Below, piece by piece: positions 35,343-44,823 of a DNA stretch of 64,000 bases. How positions within the stretch are numbered: position 1 is the first letter of the stretch; every line of letters starts with the position of its first letter. The notes below the pieces were generated by a model, which did not search any database, was not told the DNA's origin, and saw only the letters and a program-made list of their open reading frames with translations. Made by a program: the position numbers and the translations under genes. The stretch lies in NCBI GenBank assembly GCA_949296775.1, contig CASFQA010000002.1, forward strand, positions 34,305-98,304. The letters are read 5' to 3'. The DNA is from an uncultured bacterium. Its GTDB lineage: Bacteria; Bacillota_I; Bacilli_A; RFN20; CAG-826.

Positions 35343-36309
35343 CGTCCTTGCCTTTGCGCCGTTTATAAACGATTGGGGCAAAGCCTTCGCCGTTGATGGC
35401 GGAAGCGTCGACCATGGTCAAAAAGGCTTTAGGATCGGTGTCGGCGATGAACCGTTTGAGCTCTTGGGCTTCCGCCTTGCTAAGGGCGACCCGGACCATC
35501 AGCCGATCCTCGCCGGTATAACCACCGATGGTATTAAGCAAAGTGCAGCCCCGGTCGAGATCGTCTTGGATGAAGTCGACGATTTTCTCGTATTCGCTGG
35601 ATATGACGTCGCATAAAACGAAATTGTTGGAGGCGACATAGGTGATTTGGATCATCGCGGCCGCGACTAAAGCCGAAAGGATCCCAATAAGGCCTAATGG
35701 GATGTTGTTGGGGATTGAGTGACGGCAGACCATGCCGAGGATGACTAAGGTCGTGTCGATGGTGGCCGAGGTATAGGATTCCCGGATGTTGAAATACTTC
35801 CCGAGGATGGCGCAGATGACGTCGACCCCGCCGGTCGAACCATTGCCTTTGAAGGTTATGGCGACCCCTAACCCGACGAAGACCCCGCCGAATAGGGCGC
35901 AAAGCAAAGAACCCATCATCGGTTCCTCGAGATTGATCAGCTGAGTATAGATCGGTTTTAGGAAATCGGTCCGATAAAGCAAAGCGAAGAAGGATGGGTA
36001 AAGGATCGAGGCCACGAAAGTATGGGCTGAGAACTTCTTGCCCAATATCACGACCCCAACCAGGAATAAACCTAAGGTCAAAACCGCGGTCACGATATCG
36101 ACCGCTTGGAAAGAAGAGCCGCTTTCGTCGATGTAGAACTGGATGATGACCCCAATCGCCGAAACCCCGCCGGTAACCAATTCCGAAGGAACGATGAAGG
36201 CGGCGTTGCCAAAGGCCAAAACAAAAGAGCCCAAAACCATCAAGGCGAAGTTTTTGGCCGTCCGCCTCGCTTCTTTGCTAAGCAGCTTACTTTTTAGGCT
36301 TCCCTTCAT
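35326..36309 (-). CDS. YitT-family membrane protein (DUF161 + DUF2179)
   Basis: The N-terminal TM region with NFALMVLGSFVLAFGNAAFIVPSELVTGGVSAIGVII is the YitT signature. C-terminal soluble DUF2179-like domain. Confidence 0.6.
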   Translation of the reverse strand: MKGSLKSKLLSKEARRTAKNFALMVLGSFVLAFGNAAFIVPSELVTGGVSAIGVIIQFYIDESGSSFQAVDIVTAVLTLGLFLVGVVILGKKFSAHTFVASILYPSFFALLYRTDFLKPIYTQLINLEEPMMGSLLCALFGGVFVGLGVAITFKGNGSTGGVDVICAILGKYFNIRESYTSATIDTTLVILGMVCRHSIPNNIPLGLIGILSALVAAAMIQITYVASNNFVLCDVISSEYEKIVDFIQDDLDRGCTLLNTIGGYTGEDRLMVRVALSKAEAQELKRFIADTDPKAFLTMVDASAINGEGFAPIVYKRRKGKDDGPRK

Positions 36310-37412
36310 TTTTCTTGGCCTCCTCTTCCAAATGGGCGAAGATAAACGGATTGAGGTTGCCGTCCATCACCCCTTGAATGTCGCCCATCTCGAAATTGGT
36401 CCGATGGTCCTTAACCATAGTATAGGGTTGGAAGACATAGCTACGAATCTGCGAACCCCATTCGATGTTTTTCTGCTCGCCGACGATCGATTTGAGTTTG
36501 GCGTCACGTTCTTCAAGCTTCCGTTGCATCAATTTATCGGTCAGCATGCTCATGCAGGTCGCCTTATTCATCAATTGGCTCCGCTCAATCTCGCACTGGA
36601 CGACGATGCCGGTCGGAAGATGGGTGATGCGGACAGCCGAGGATACTTTGTTGACGTTCTGCCCGCCAGCCCCGCCGCTGCGGAAAGTGTCGACCCGTAA
36701 ATCTTTAGGGTCGATAACGATGTCGGAAACCGCCCCGAATTCCGGGATGACGTTGACCGAGGCAAAGGAGGTGTGCCGCCTGGCGTTGGCGTCGAATGGG
36801 GAAATCCGGACTAGCCGATGAACCCCCTTCTCCCCTTTAAGCATCCCATAAGCATCATTCCCGATAACTTTGATGGTCGCGGTTTTGATGCCGGCTTCGT
36901 CGCCGTCTTGAATATCGATGGTTTGGATTTTGAAATCGTTGCGTTCCGCCCAACGGCCATACATCCTCAATAGCATCTGGGCCCAATCTTGGGCTTCCGT
37001 GCCTCCAGCGCCAGGATGGATTTCCAAAGTGCAATTTAAGGCGTCGTACTCCCCGGAGAAAAGGAGTTGATGGCGTAAATCCTCGCAATCCCGGCCTAAA
37101 TCATCTTCAATCGAAGACAAAAGCTCCAGCATATCGAGATCGGATTCGCTGGTTTCCGATATCATCCCTTTTATGTCTTCGTAAGTCGAAACGGCGTGTT
37201 TATACCGCTCGAGCTTATGGGTTAAGGCAGCCAAACGGCTCGAAACCGTCTTAGCCTTATTTTGATCGTTCCAAAAGCCTTCTTCGCTTTGTTGGGCTTC
37301 GAGCCCGGCGATCTCTTGCTCTATCTTCGGCAGGTCAAAGAGAGTCACCGAGCTGCGAAACCAGTTCGCCCAAAGCCTGGGCTTGCTGTTTTAACTCGAC
37401 TAGCTCTTTCAT
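36287..37412 (-). CDS. prfB: Peptide chain release factor 2, expressed via programmed +1 ribosomal frameshift
   Basis: Frame-0 start ATG at 37412 encodes MKELVELKQQAQALGELVSQLGDSL and then hits in-frame TGA inside the classical CTT TGA C motif (minus strand, nt 37340-37334). The +1 frame continues DLPKIEQEIAGLEAQQ...FWNDQ and contains SPF and GGQ (SGGAGGQNVNK). This aligns with E. coli RF2 around its frameshift site (RGYL*DYDAKKER). Confidence 0.85.
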
Positions 37413-37424
37413 ATATTCCCTTCT

Positions 37425-39883
37425 TTATTTGCTTTCGGTTGGCTCGGCCTTCTCCGCTTCTTTCGCGGCTGGTTCCGCCGGTTGGGATTGGCTATTTTTC
37501 CCTTCCGCCGGCTTTTCTTCTTTAACCGGGGTCGGGGTCGGGATCCGCGGCTTGATGTTGAGGAAGTTATAAACGCAGTCGACGGCGATGTTTTGGTTCA
37601 TTTCCCGGAAATAGCCATACCCTTCGTTGACGTAATCCTGAAGCGGGTTGGTTTGGGCGTAAGAACGGAGGCCGATCGCTTCCCGCAGATGGGCCATCGT
37701 GTCGATGTGGCGAGTCCAGTTCCGGTCGATGACGGATAAGGAGACCGAGCGTTCGATTTGGTCGCCGGCCCCTTCTGGCCATTCTTCCTTTCTCTTTAAA
37801 TAACGGGCATAGAGGAATTCGCCTAAATCCTCGCCACCTTCCTCGACCGAAGCCTCGTCGTATGCTTTGGCCGGGAATATCCCCTCGGGAACAAAGCTCG
37901 GCTCGACCAACTTCCGGAGCGCTTCCCCGTCGATAAGGCCTTCGTCGCGCCCGTTATTCGAAGCTTTCTTAGCCAAATAAGCACCGGTTTCCGTAAAGAA
38001 ATCATGGATCATTTCATTGATGTCGCCCGCCATCATGATCGAATCGCGCCGATCGTAAATGATCTGCCTCTGCTTTGCTAAAACATCATCGTAATCGAGG
38101 AGGTTCTTTCGAGTGTCGAAGTTCCGCCCCTCGATCTGCTTTTGGGCATTGGTGACGACGTTTTGAATCAATTTGTTCTCAACGTGATCTTCCCCTAATT
38201 GCTTAATGAAGAATTCCCTGCGCTTATCATCGACGAAACGACGCATCAGCTCATCTTCGAAAGAGACGTAGAAACGGGAATAGCCCGGGTCGCCTTGCCG
38301 GCCCGACCGGCCTCGAAGTTGGTTATCGATACGCCGCGACTCATGGCGTTCGGTTCCGAGGACGCAAAGGCCGCCGAGCTCTTTGACCCCTTCCCCAAGC
38401 TTAATGTCGGTGCCACGGCCGGCCATGTTGGTGGCTAAGGTCACCGCCCCTTTCTCGCCGGCGTGGGAAATGATCTCCGCCTCGCGGGCTTGGTTTTTGG
38501 CGTTTAGGACTTCATGGGGAATGCCCGCCTGGGTCAATAAGCCGGAAATCTCTTCGTTCGACTCGACGGAAACGGTGCCGATTAGGACCGGTTGCCCCTT
38601 CTCGTGCCGGGCTTTGACCTCACCGACTAAGCCTTTGAGTTTGGCTTTGTGGGTCCCATAGATGTAATCGAGGTCGTCAATACGGGCGATCGGGCGATTG
38701 GTCGGAATGACGATGACCTTCATGTTGTAGATCTTCTCGAATTCCTCTTCTTCGGTCTTGGCGGTGCCGGTCATGCCTGACATCTTCTTATAAAGCCGGA
38801 AGAAATTCTGATAGGTGATGGTGGCCAAAACGGTGGTTTCCTGTTTGATCTCAACCCCTTCTTTGGCTTGAATCGCTTGCTGAAGCCCGTCGTTGTATTC
38901 CCGCCCTTTGAGGATACGGCCGGTGAATTGGTCGATAAGCTGAACCGTCCTTTCCTTATCGACCATATACTCAACGTCCCGCTTCATGATGTAGTTGGCC
39001 TTCAAGGCCTGATGGATCCGGTGGACCAGTTCCTGGTTGCCCGGATCGTAAAGATTGCGGACCCCGAACATCCGCTCGGCCTTGTCGGCCCCGGAGTCGG
39101 TCAAAGAACAGGTTTTGGTCTTGATGTCGACGGTGAAATCTTTTTCGGCTTTCAGGCATTTGACGAAACGGTCGGCCACCATGTATTGGGAAGCCGGAGC
39201 CCGCTGCCCGCCAGAAATGATAAGCGGGGTCCGCGACTCATCGATTAAAACCGAGTCGGCTTCGTCGACGACGGCGTACTTAAGGCCGCGAAGGACCCGT
39301 GCGCCCAAAGATTGGGTCATATTATCCCGGAGGTAATCGAAGCCCAATTCGGAGTTGGTGGTATAGGTGATATCGCAGAGATAGGCTTCTTTCTTCTCGC
39401 TATTGGTTTTGGAGGAGAGGTTGACCCCGACGGTCAAACCGAGGAAGCGGTAGATGCTGCCCATCCAGTTGGCGTCACGATCGGCGAGGTATTCATTAAC
39501 GGTAACGACATGAACCCCGTCGCCGGTTAAAGCGTTGAGGTAAACGGCCATGGTGGCGGTCAAGGTTTTGCCTTCGCCCGTCTTCATTTCCGCGATATTG
39601 CCATCGTTTAGGACCAAAGCCCCGATAATCTGGACCTTATAAGGGAATTGGCCAATCGCCCGGCGGGCCCCTTCTCGGGCCACGGCGAAGGCCTCGTATT
39701 TGATATCCTCGATGGTTTTGCCGTTTTTCAGCATCTCCTGGAATTGTTTGGTTTTTTCCCGGAGTTGATCATCCGTCAATTTGGCGACCTCGTCTTCATA
39801 AGCAATGACGCGGTCGGCTTCCCGGGCATAACGGTTTAATTCCCGTTTCTCGAGATGGAATATTTTTTCGATAATGTTAGCCA
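37425..39883 (-). CDS. secA: Preprotein translocase ATPase SecA
   Basis: Full SecA motif set (MKTGEGKTL, DEAD-like VDEADSVLIDE, C-terminal region). N-terminus VANIIEKIFHLEKRELNRY aligns with B. subtilis MLGILNKMFDPTKRTLNRY. GTG start at 39883 follows RBS AGGGAG with a 6-nt spacer; the upstream ATG in the ORF track adds 19 unaligned residues. Confidence 0.95.
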
Positions 39884-39948
39884 CGTTAGACTCCCTAAAG
39901 CAAAGCGGGTAAATGTTACCATTTAAGGGTTGTGGGCGCAATCGAGAA

Positions 39949-40587
39949 CTAGCGCCCTTTCCATATCGTTTTCGCCGCGACCAAAAGCTTAAGCTTTTTC
40001 GCTCCCGCCTGCGAAAGCAATTTCAAGCACGCCCTGGCGGTGGATCCGGTGGTGAAAACATCATCGACCAAGAGGATTTTCTTTCCTCTTATCGTGATGT
40101 TTTTGACCAGATGGATCATTTTTCCCACCGCGGTTCGCTCTTGCCCCGATAGTTCCGTCTGTTTCATGCCCTCGTCTTTGACCAACGCCTTTACCATCGG
40201 CAATCCCAAACATCGCCCCATCTCCTCCACCTGATTAAAGCCGCGGGCTTCGTTATGGGAGGGCGAACTGGGAACCGGCACCAAGGTATAGCCATGATAA
40301 AGCAGGCGAAGGATCGGCAGTTGGTAAGAAAAGAAAACTGAGGCCAACTCGATGTCTCCGGCTCCTTTGAATTGAAAAAGGGTCGATCGGACCGCTTCGT
40401 TGTAATCGAATAAGGCCAAGCAGTCGGCCCCCGCCTCTTTCCACTTTATCCATCGGGGGCCGAATTCCGCGTAGCAATCGAAACAAAGGGAGGGAAAGCC
40501 GAAGAGGTTCCGGAAGCTCGCCGCTTTGATGGGTTTGAAGCAGCGTTTACAAAAAGGCGTTGCAGTGCCGGATTTCGAGAATGGCAT
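39949..40587 (-). CDS. comFC: ComFC/ComF-family phosphoribosyltransferase-domain protein
   Basis: N-terminal zinc-finger CKRCFKPI...CFDCY. C-terminal PRTase motif KILLVDDVFTTGSTARAC. Confidence 0.7.
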   Translation of the reverse strand: MPFSKSGTATPFCKRCFKPIKAASFRNLFGFPSLCFDCYAEFGPRWIKWKEAGADCLALFDYNEAVRSTLFQFKGAGDIELASVFFSYQLPILRLLYHGYTLVPVPSSPSHNEARGFNQVEEMGRCLGLPMVKALVKDEGMKQTELSGQERTAVGKMIHLVKNITIRGKKILLVDDVFTTGSTARACLKLLSQAGAKKLKLLVAAKTIWKGR

Positions 40588-41692
40588 CGCGAATGCCCTC
40601 CGTTTCCTTTCGGGCTAAGAAAGTCACCTCGCCCTCCGGAGCGTCTTTCTTCCGCCCCGCCCGCCCGGCGATCTGAATCAAGGCGGCCGCGTCATAAATA
40701 GTCTCGTCAGCCCGATAAACGACGACCTGAAGATCCTTGACGGTGATACCTCGCTCTAAAACGGCGGTGGTGACCAAATAGCTGTAACCTCCTTTCTTAA
40801 ACCGCTCGATTATTTGGCTTCGCCCGAGGCGTTTTGATGAAACATAGTCCCCTTTTGCGCAGATTCCGCTCAATTTTCCATATAAACTCGCGCTTAATTC
40901 CACCGTAGGGACGAAGATGAAGCATGGCTTCCCTTCTTTCTTATACCGCCGGAGTTTTCTAACCAAACAGAGAAACAGCCAAGCCGATGGCCCCATCACC
41001 AACTTAGGAACGGGGATCGGGTGCTTATGAAACCTAGTATGCAAGGTCAAGATGTCTTTTCCCTTACCCTTGAACTTCGCCACCAAGGCTTTCGAAGGCG
41101 TGGCGCTCATCATGACCAGCCGGCCTTTAAGGCTTCTTTGCAGCATCGCCTCCAGAAGCGCGCTCCCCCGAAACGGGAAAGCATCGACCTCATCCATGAT
41201 TATTAAATCGAAACACGATGGATAACGGTAAAGCTGATGGGTGGTCAAGACGATGCAATCACCGACTAAATCGTCGGTATGCCCGCCGTAAACCGAAACG
41301 ACCTTATTTAAGGGAAAGGCCGCTTTAAGACGATGGTAAAGCTCAACGACGACATCGCGCCGCGGCAAAGCGAAAGCCACCTTGAGCCCTTTGCTCATGG
41401 CATAGCCGATCACGCCATAGGAGATCTCGGTTTTGCCCGAACCGCAGACGGCATAGACCAACGTGTCGATGCCTTGGCGGAAATTATTCAAAATCCGCTC
41501 GGACAGATCCTGTTGCTCTCTGGATAATCGATACCCCAAAGACAACTTGACCTGTTTGGGCGAAGAAGGGGGAAGAACCGCTTCCTCGCCTTGGAAAATC
41601 AGGCAACGACGGCAATATGGCTGACCGTTTTTCTTTCCGATATAGACGGGATCCTTATTCCCGCACCGCGGACAAACAAAACCGTTTCCCAT
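40547..41692 (-). CDS. comFA: ComFA-like DEAD/DEAH-box helicase
   Basis: N-terminal Zn-finger CPRCGN...CRRC. Walker A AVCGSGKTE. DEAD-like MDEVDAFP. Helicase C-terminal motifs (IQIAGRAGR). Confidence 0.7.
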   Translation of the reverse strand: MGNGFVCPRCGNKDPVYIGKKNGQPYCRRCLIFQGEEAVLPPSSPKQVKLSLGYRLSREQQDLSERILNNFRQGIDTLVYAVCGSGKTEISYGVIGYAMSKGLKVAFALPRRDVVVELYHRLKAAFPLNKVVSVYGGHTDDLVGDCIVLTTHQLYRYPSCFDLIIMDEVDAFPFRGSALLEAMLQRSLKGRLVMMSATPSKALVAKFKGKGKDILTLHTRFHKHPIPVPKLVMGPSAWLFLCLVRKLRRYKKEGKPCFIFVPTVELSASLYGKLSGICAKGDYVSSKRLGRSQIIERFKKGGYSYLVTTAVLERGITVKDLQVVVYRADETIYDAAALIQIAGRAGRKKDAPEGEVTFLARKETEGIRDAILEIRHCNAFL

Positions 41693-41726
41693 ACTGAATA
41701 AGTAGACGGGAAACGGCCGATTGTCA

Positions 41727-42788
41727 CTAATAACTCATTTCTTCGATTTCGTTGACCCGACGGTGGTGTTTTTCCGCCCGGGAGAATTTCTCGGTCAAGA
41801 AGATATCAACCCGGCGGCAAACATCGTCCAAGGACATATATTTTTGCCCAAAGGCAATGACGTTGGCGTTGTTATGTTCCCGAGCCTTCCCCGCCACCAC
41901 GTCATCGTAACCGACGGCGCAGCGGATCCCGGGGATTTTATTGGCGACGATGCTCACCCCAATGCCGGAGGTGCAGATGACGATGCCAAGCCGGGCGTTT
42001 TTCGAAGCCACCGCTTGGCCGACCTTCATCGCGAACTTCGGATAATCGCAGGAATCCTCGGAGCAAGTCCCGACATCAAGAACCTCATAGCCTTCTTCTT
42101 TCAAGAAAGCGACTAAGGCTTGTTTATAAGCGAAGCCGCCGTGATCAGAACCAATGGCAATGGTCGGGGGTACGAAGGTGTCGAAGGTCGCTTTGATCTC
42201 GTCGAAGGGAATAGGGCCTTCCCGAACGAGCTTAATCTCCCCCGGGGTCGAAAGGTCAACGATGGTTGAGGCTTTCCCGCCTCTAACATTGCCTTCGACG
42301 ATGTAAGGGATTTGCCCTCGGAAATAACGATAGGCCTCTTCGACGGTCAAAGCCGGATTGACCCCGCTCGGGTTGGCCGAAGGGACTAATAGAGGGACGC
42401 CAACCTGGTCGATCATGTTGGTGACGTTGCTGTCGTCGGGGACCCGATAACCGACGCTCGACAAACCTAAAGTAAGATAATACGGAAGATGGGGGCGCTT
42501 AGGGAGCAAAACGGTCAAAGGTCCAGGCAGGTACTTCTTCATGATGGCCCGCATCCGGCAGTCGAGCTGAGCGACGTTCGCGGCATAGGCCAATGAAGCC
42601 CCCATGATGGTGAATGGCTTTTCGGGCGGGCGGCGCTTCAATGCCACCAAGCGACGGAAATTGCTTTCCTTATCCATCGCCACGCCTAGACCGAACACGG
42701 TCTCAGTCGGAAAAACCAGGGCATCGCCATCCTGCAGCGTCTTGATGCCGTAGCTGATGTCTTTCCATTGGATGATTTTGGTGTCCAT
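41727..42788 (-). CDS. Fusion: L-threonylcarbamoyladenylate synthase (TsaC/YrdC domain) + ribose-5-phosphate isomerase B (RpiB/LacAB)
   Basis: N-terminal YrdC motifs (ALVFPTETVFGLG, KRRPPEKPFTIM). From about residue 205, RpiB motifs (IAIGSDHGGFAYKQ, ICTSGIGVSIVANKIPGIRCA). One continuous ORF of 353 aa. Confidence 0.7.
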   Translation of the reverse strand: MDTKIIQWKDISYGIKTLQDGDALVFPTETVFGLGVAMDKESNFRRLVALKRRPPEKPFTIMGASLAYAANVAQLDCRMRAIMKKYLPGPLTVLLPKRPHLPYYLTLGLSSVGYRVPDDSNVTNMIDQVGVPLLVPSANPSGVNPALTVEEAYRYFRGQIPYIVEGNVRGGKASTIVDLSTPGEIKLVREGPIPFDEIKATFDTFVPPTIAIGSDHGGFAYKQALVAFLKEEGYEVLDVGTCSEDSCDYPKFAMKVGQAVASKNARLGIVICTSGIGVSIVANKIPGIRCAVGYDDVVAGKAREHNNANVIAFGQKYMSLDDVCRRVDIFLTEKFSRAEKHHRRVNEIEEMSY

Positions 42789-42793
42789 GCGGT

Positions 42794-43654
42794 TTACTCC
42801 AAGAATAGGAACAAGAAGCGAACGAATCCGTTCAGGTCCTTTAGATACTCTTTTTTATAACGGTAATTCGGAGTTAGGAATTTGTCCATCAATCCGTTTA
42901 GGTAATCGACGAGGTTGTCGTCGATCTCCAAGCAGACAAGCAAACTGTTTTTCTTCACCTTGCCGATATCGCGGAAGACGTCCTCATAGACCGAATGCGC
43001 CGGGTCGAGATAGAGGGCATTGCTAGGTTCATGGTTTTTCACTGACGATTGAACGCGACTTAAATCAGTGATGTAAGGCGGATTGCTCACAATGATGTCT
43101 AAGGCAATGTTATTTTGAATATAAGGGGTTAAAGACGGTCCGTCGTAAAAGGTGATTTTGGTGCCGTTGGCCTCCGCGTTCTTCTTAGCGATCGATAAGC
43201 TGGAGAGGCTAAGATCGGAGGCGAGCATCACCCAATTGGGGAAGAGGGCCTTCAAGGCGATGGCGATGCAGCCAGACCCGGTCCCGATATCGGCGCACAC
43301 TAGGTAATTACGGGGGTCATAGTAATCCAATATCCTCTCCGAGATGTTAGCCACCAATTCCTCGGTTTCCATCCGAGGGATCAAGACGGTGTTATCGACA
43401 TAGAGTTTATGGCCTAGGAAAGTCGCCTCATTGATAACGTATTCGACCGGTACCCCCATCTCCAATTGTTTTAGATAATGGCTAAAGACCGGTTGATAAC
43501 ATTCGTCGAATTGCTCGTCTTTGTGCAAAAGAACCTCGATTTGCGTCGAATATTTCAATATATGGGCAAGGCAGATGCGGATGTCGGCGCTGGTCACGCC
43601 ATGTTCGGCCCCTTCCTTAATCGCCTGCATGTAGACGTCGAAGAGCTTAGGCAT
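42794..43654 (-). CDS. prmC: Release-factor glutamine N5-methyltransferase
   Basis: SAM motif ADIGTGSGCIAIAL and IVSNPPY. Overlaps the prfA 3' end. Confidence 0.8.
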   Translation of the reverse strand: MPKLFDVYMQAIKEGAEHGVTSADIRICLAHILKYSTQIEVLLHKDEQFDECYQPVFSHYLKQLEMGVPVEYVINEATFLGHKLYVDNTVLIPRMETEELVANISERILDYYDPRNYLVCADIGTGSGCIAIALKALFPNWVMLASDLSLSSLSIAKKNAEANGTKITFYDGPSLTPYIQNNIALDIIVSNPPYITDLSRVQSSVKNHEPSNALYLDPAHSVYEDVFRDIGKVKKNSLLVCLEIDDNLVDYLNGLMDKFLTPNYRYKKEYLKDLNGFVRFLFLFLE

Positions 43655-44726
43655 GGCTTTCCTCTTCTAAGAGTTTCTGTTCCTGATCGAAGTGGATCAA
43701 GGCCTCGATGATCGAATCGAGCTCCCCCTCCATGACCCGGTCAAGCTGATTGATGGTGAAGCCGATCCGGTGATCGGTCACCCGGTTTTGCGGATAGTTG
43801 TAAGTCCGGATCTTCTCCGACCGCTCGCCAGTCCCGACTTTGAGCTTCCTTTCACTCGCCCTTTTAGCGTCTTCCTTCTCTTGGTAATAAGAGAGGACTT
43901 TAGCCCTAATCATCTGCATGGCGATCTCCTTATTCTGCAGCTGGGCTTTCTCGGTTTGACAAGCGACGACCAAGCCGGTCGGAAGATGGGTAATGCGAAC
44001 GGCTGACTCGGTTTTATTGACGTTTTGTCCACCGGCTCCTTGCGAGTGGTAGGTATCGATTTTTAAGTCATTGGGATTGATGTGGACGTCGACTTCCTCG
44101 GCTTCAGGCATAACGAGAACGGTCGCGGTCGAGGTATGGATCCTTCCGCTGGCTTCGGTCTTCGGAACCCGCTGAACCCGATGGGCGCCGGACTCAAATT
44201 TCAGCTTGGAGTAAACCGCTTCCCCTTTGATCATGAACGACACCGAGGAATAACCGCCGGCCGCCCCTAGCGAAGCGTCGAGGAGCTTGAGCTTCCACCC
44301 CTGCTTTTCCGCGTATTTTTGATACATCCGCATCAGGTCGCCGGCGAAAATATTGGCCTCGTCGCCCCCGACCGCGCCCCGAATCTCGACGATGATGTTC
44401 TTATCGTCATTCGGATCCTTCGGCAAAAGGATGGTTTGAAAATCGCTTTCCATCTTCTCCATTTCCGCTTGGTCGGCTTTCCGCTGCTCCTTGGCAAGCT
44501 CTTCCATCTCCGGATCGGATTCTAACTCATAGGAGTCCTTTACTTCCTGCTCCAACTTCCGATAACGGCAATATAGCTCATAGGCTTCGGTTAAATCCGC
44601 CTTTTCTTTGCTCAGTTTAGTCAGCTTTTCCAAATCGGAATCGATGTTCTCGTCGCTAAGCTCTTTTTCGATCTGCTCGTATCTTTCTTTTGTCGCCTCA
44701 AGGCGCTTTTTCATGCTCTCGTTCAT
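43647..44726 (-). CDS. prfA: Peptide chain release factor 1
   Basis: PAT-type decoding region and GGQ motif SQGAGGQNVNKTESAVRITHLPTG. 359 aa. Confidence 0.95.
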   Translation of the reverse strand: MNESMKKRLEATKERYEQIEKELSDENIDSDLEKLTKLSKEKADLTEAYELYCRYRKLEQEVKDSYELESDPEMEELAKEQRKADQAEMEKMESDFQTILLPKDPNDDKNIIVEIRGAVGGDEANIFAGDLMRMYQKYAEKQGWKLKLLDASLGAAGGYSSVSFMIKGEAVYSKLKFESGAHRVQRVPKTEASGRIHTSTATVLVMPEAEEVDVHINPNDLKIDTYHSQGAGGQNVNKTESAVRITHLPTGLVVACQTEKAQLQNKEIAMQMIRAKVLSYYQEKEDAKRASERKLKVGTGERSEKIRTYNYPQNRVTDHRIGFTINQLDRVMEGELDSIIEALIHFDQEQKLLEEESHA

Positions 44727-44823
44727 AATCGCGGACGCATTATACCATCCTGCCTTCCCTTTTCTAATCTATGATTAGCGCATTCCCTTTCAAGGCTCGC
44801 CCGAGTATAATCGGCTTTGGCAT

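Noticed and set aside
44727-44823. Looked for the 4.5S/scRNA (SRP RNA) gene that precedes dnaX in B. subtilis
   Set aside because: The prfA-dnaX divergent gap is only about 97 bp and lacks the conserved SRP domain-IV motifs (GGAA...AGCAG apical loop context). It is most likely just two divergent promoters.
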